IMG/VR virus record: IMGVR_UViG_3300031857_000203
Span: 1 to 58,539 of that record
Origin: a virus
Lineage: Duplodnaviria > Caudoviricetes
Strand: one strand, 5' to 3'
DNA length: 58,539 nt
Made by a program: the position numbers and the translations under genes
Notes under the pieces: generated by a model
What the model saw: only the letters and a program-made list of their open reading frames with translations
What the model was told of the DNA's origin: nothing
Databases searched by the model: none
Shown here: positions 56,041-58,539 of the stretch, in pieces
Numbering within the stretch: position 1 is the stretch's first letter
Layout of the letters: every line of letters begins with the position of its first letter

Positions 56041-56323
56041 ACTGGCGGTGTGTCAGGACATCGAATACCGGCAGAAGATGGGCATCAACAAGTACGGAAC
56101 TACCGTAGCTGAGAACCCATTGGAGTTGCGGGAATGGCTGCAGAACGCCTATGAAGAGGCCCTTGATCTCAGCGTATACTTGAGGAGGTCAATGGAGGAG
56201 CTTGATAAGCATGGGGTACAAACTTGTCGATCTAACAGGAAAGACGTTCAGCAGGCTGACGGTGGTTCAGATGATGCCATCGATCAAGTACGGGCTGACA
56301 TCCAAAAGAAGATGGAAATGTAG
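56024..56323 (+). CDS. Allele of 8-202 with a replaced and extended C-terminus
   Basis: Identical up to WLQ, then NAYEEALDLSVYLRRSMEELD. Confidence 0.7.
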   Translation: MPTGTELAVCQDIEYRQKMGINKYGTTVAENPLELREWLQNAYEEALDLSVYLRRSMEELDKHGVQTCRSNRKDVQQADGGSDDAIDQVRADIQKKMEM

Positions 56324-56801
56324 ATGTGAATGCGGAAAAGAAACTGAGGTTGATACTGGTGGGTTAACTTCAGGCAAAACAAAATCATGTGGGTGCCTGC
56401 ATTCCGAAACTTCTGCAGAAAATGGCATAAAGTCTAGGCATTTAGTGGCGAAGACACAGGCCGCATTTAATTCAATAAAGTCTATATACAAATCAAATGC
56501 AAAAAAACGCAATCTTGTCTGGGGTTTAAGCGATGAATATGCGCTGAGTCTTTTGAATGGAAACTGTTATTTTTGTGGAGATCCCCCGTCAAATTTGTAT
56601 AAGACCACATATTACAATCAAAAATACAATGGTATTGATAGATTGAATAATGATATGGGGTATGCAGAAGAAAACACGGTTTCTTGTTGCAAAGTTTGTA
56701 ATCATGCAAAGCACACGATGGATAAGGACACGTTTCTGAATTGGGTGAAAAAGGTTAATGATCATCAGCGAACGATGGAGGAACTTGATGGAACCAGATG
56801 A
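56211..56801 (+). mobile_element. Free-standing HNH homing endonuclease gene (insertion)
   Basis: LTGKTFSRLTV..WKCRCECG..SCGC; CYFCG..GIDRLNN..NTVSCCKVCNHAK; AT-rich; absent from copy 1. Confidence 0.85.
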
Positions 56802-57117
56802 CGCAATCGAGTACATCTTTAAGCACGGCAAAAAGTACGCAAAGGCCAAGGCTGAACGGATCTACCTCGAGGAGTTCCGCAAGAGCAAGAAGGCTGTGCT
56901 GATGCAGTACGCACAGTCTGTAGGCCACCAAACATCCGCGGCGCAGGAGCGTGAGGCATACGCCGATCAGGAATACGTTGACCTGCTGCAAGGCCTTAAA
57001 GCCGCTGTAGAGGCCGAAGAAGAGATCAGGTGGGGGTTGGTAGCAGCACAAGCACGCATCGATGTCTGGCGCTCAAGAGAGGCCAGCAGCAGGCAGGAGA
57101 TCAAGGCAGTCCTATGA
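56788..57117 (+). CDS. Copy 2 of 189-518
   Basis: Identical protein. Confidence 0.85.
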   Translation: MEPDDAIEYIFKHGKKYAKAKAERIYLEEFRKSKKAVLMQYAQSVGHQTSAAQEREAYADQEYVDLLQGLKAAVEAEEEIRWGLVAAQARIDVWRSREASSRQEIKAVL

Positions 57118-57404
57118 CAACACTTGCAGAGAAGAAGCACATGAGCAAGGTGGCCGAGCTTGGCTGCTCTGTATGCAGGAGGATGGGACATCCGGGTACG
57201 CCTGCAGAACTCCATCACCCTAGGCATGGTGCAGGCATGGGCAAGAGATCAGGACACTTCAGCGTGATCCCTCTGTGTCCTGAGCACCACCGCGGCAACA
57301 CTGGAGTGCATGGGCTAGGCACGAAGGGCTTCCCGAAGCATTGGGGGTTCACCGAGGAAGACCTGCTGAAGGACACGCTGGAGTTGATTAACCCCACAAA
57401 GTAG
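57114..57404 (+). CDS. Copy 2 of the Ref-like nuclease
   Basis: Identical protein, many synonymous changes. Confidence 0.75.
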   Translation: MTTLAEKKHMSKVAELGCSVCRRMGHPGTPAELHHPRHGAGMGKRSGHFSVIPLCPEHHRGNTGVHGLGTKGFPKHWGFTEEDLLKDTLELINPTK

Positions 57405-57415
57405 TCGGGAACCTA

Positions 57416-57467
57416 TTGATGCCAACTTAAACTATCGCTTACACTAGCATCACTGCGATGTTGCAGT
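57416..57467 (+). promoter_or_regulatory. Promoter-hairpin cassette A, copy 2
   Basis: TTGATG-N18-TACACT plus ACTGC/GCAGT. Confidence 0.7.
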
Positions 57468-57488
57468 AGATCAGTGAAGGAAAGCGAA

Positions 57489-57815
57489 ATGAATGCAGCT
57501 CTGACCCCAGCACAAGTTCAGTTCTTCGACGCAGTTGAGCAGTGCGTCAAGATCGACACACTCGGCGCTCTCAACGCCAAGATCGCAGAACTCACCAAGC
57601 AAGCCGATGCCATCAAGGACGAACTCAAGGATGTGGCCTCAATGTCTGGTCAGAAGGTGTTGGTCGGTGCTTCGTATGTTGCCGCTTACACCGAGTCCAA
57701 TCGCTCTACCGTCGATTGGAAGGCTATTGCCAAGGAACTCAACATTCCCGTTGACCTGATCGCTAAGCACACCAAGTCCACCGCGGTGTACAGCATCAAG
57801 ACCACCGCAATCTGA
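57489..57815 (+). CDS. Diverged allele of 890-1216
   Basis: Same length, multiple amino-acid substitutions. Confidence 0.8.
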   Translation: MNAALTPAQVQFFDAVEQCVKIDTLGALNAKIAELTKQADAIKDELKDVASMSGQKVLVGASYVAAYTESNRSTVDWKAIAKELNIPVDLIAKHTKSTAVYSIKTTAI

Positions 57816-57961
57816 TGTACACCAAGCCAGACGGGACCAGAGCACCTAACGCTCCTCCTGTCTGGCCTTTCGGAACAGTCAGGCCCTCAAAGACGCATGA
57901 CGTTCCACCCACAAGGCCAGACCCCATCCCCCACAGCGAACTACCTGAAGGACTATTCTGA
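57815..57961 (+). CDS. Copy 2 of the 48-aa Pro-rich protein
   Basis: Synonymous changes only. Confidence 0.8.
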   Translation: MYTKPDGTRAPNAPPVWPFGTVRPSKTHDVPPTRPDPIPHSELPEGLF

Positions 57962-58158
57962 TGAACACGACACATCGCACCGGCAACGAATGGGTTGACG
58001 GCCTGGACAGGAAGTGGGGCTTCGGCATTGACTTCGCATGCGAAGACATCATCGACGCTCCTTCGTGGATTCCTACGGGCTCAACCAAGGGTTACGAGTC
58101 GCATGTCTTCTCGCATGACTTTCGTCCAGGGACTTGGGGAAGCGGCAAGTATGACTAA
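57961..58158 (+). CDS. Allele of 1362-1559
   Basis: Homologous protein. Confidence 0.75.
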   Translation: MNTTHRTGNEWVDGLDRKWGFGIDFACEDIIDAPSWIPTGSTKGYESHVFSHDFRPGTWGSGKYD

Positions 58159-58387
58159 GGGCGTCATCCTGAACTGGGGTAACAAGACCCCCTGCACCAT
58201 CATCGAGGATCGCAAGACCCTCTTGGTGGTGACGGAAGACATCGCAGGCAAGCCATGTCCTGAAGGAACCAAGAGGTACTTCAAGCGCTACAAGGATCAC
58301 TGGGCAGAGTGCGTCTTCAAGCCAACCACCAACAGGTGGGCTGTTGCAGGAGAGGCGACTCTGGTGATTGACCCTACAAAAAAGTAG
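58151..58387 (+). CDS. Allele of 1833-2066
   Basis: MTKGVILNWG..IDPTKK. Confidence 0.75.
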   Translation: MTKGVILNWGNKTPCTIIEDRKTLLVVTEDIAGKPCPEGTKRYFKRYKDHWAECVFKPTTNRWAVAGEATLVIDPTKK

Positions 58388-58396
58388 GAAAAGATG

Positions 58397-58448
58397 TTGA
58401 CCTTCTCTTGAAGGATCGCTTACACTAGCGTCACTGCAATCAAGCAGT
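58397..58448 (+). promoter_or_regulatory. Promoter-hairpin cassette B, copy 2
   Basis: TTGACC-N18-TACACT plus ACTGC/GCAGT. Confidence 0.7.
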
Positions 58449-58470
58449 TCAACAGAGAAGGAACAGAGAA

Positions 58471-58539
58471 ATGAACACCACCTACAAGCGCTACACGGTT
58501 CTCGGCATCAGCGACAAGACCGAGTGTGATGTTTGCGGC
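58471..58539 (+). CDS. Partial copy of 2150-2419 (truncated by the window end)
   Basis: MNTTYKRYTVLGISDKTECDVCG identical. Confidence 0.75.
   Translation, partial: MNTTYKRYTVLGISDKTECDVCG

Larger units (their letters stand above)
56017..58539. repeat. Imperfect terminal redundancy, copy 2
   Basis: Allelic to 1-2218; net +583 bp (endonuclease) and -278 bp (HTH gene). Confidence 0.97.

Noticed and set aside
56144-56770. Group I intron or intein carrying the endonuclease
   Set aside because: The insert is almost entirely coding, leaving no room for a ribozyme core, and has no intein terminal residues; the host gene is repaired by a replacement 3' end.
56017-58539. Exact direct terminal repeats of the virion DNA
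   Set aside because: The copies differ by SNPs and gene-scale indels, which true DTRs would not.
1-58539. tRNA/rRNA genes, integrase/att sites, stop-codon reassignment
   Set aside because: No cloverleaf or recombinase motifs were recognised by eye, and core genes are intact with TAA, TAG and TGA all used as stops. tRNAscan and HMM searches were not run.

Overview
The window is an essentially complete tailed dsDNA phage genome with a unit length of about 56.0 kb. It has P22/podovirus-like organisation: terminases, portal, GroES, scaffold, major capsid protein, tail adaptor/tube proteins, lysis genes and ejection proteins, followed by a divergent recombination/replication arm. The host is probably a proteobacterium (inference). 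I found no integrase, CI repressor, DNA polymerase, tRNA or CRISPR array. The ends (1-2218 and 56017-58539) are two non-identical alleles of the same region, differing by a homing-type HNH endonuclease insertion and an HTH gene indel. Most notable: (1) a canonical -1 frameshift signal (A AAA AAA plus a 9-bp stem) in a basic head-module gene, whose shifted product ends in the same GG..C motif as the full-length protein; (2) a recurrent hydrophobic-[K/A]-x-G-G motif shared by that protein, a polyvalent ART/ParB protein and a 3264-aa giant protein, which could be a virion-cargo tag; (3) a structured RNA with an anti-Shine-Dalgarno loop before the replication gene; (4) a glycosyltransferase/methyltransferase pair between Ser/Thr-repeat structural genes; (5) repeated promoter-hairpin cassettes. 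All family assignments are by eye from motifs, and no database searches were run.
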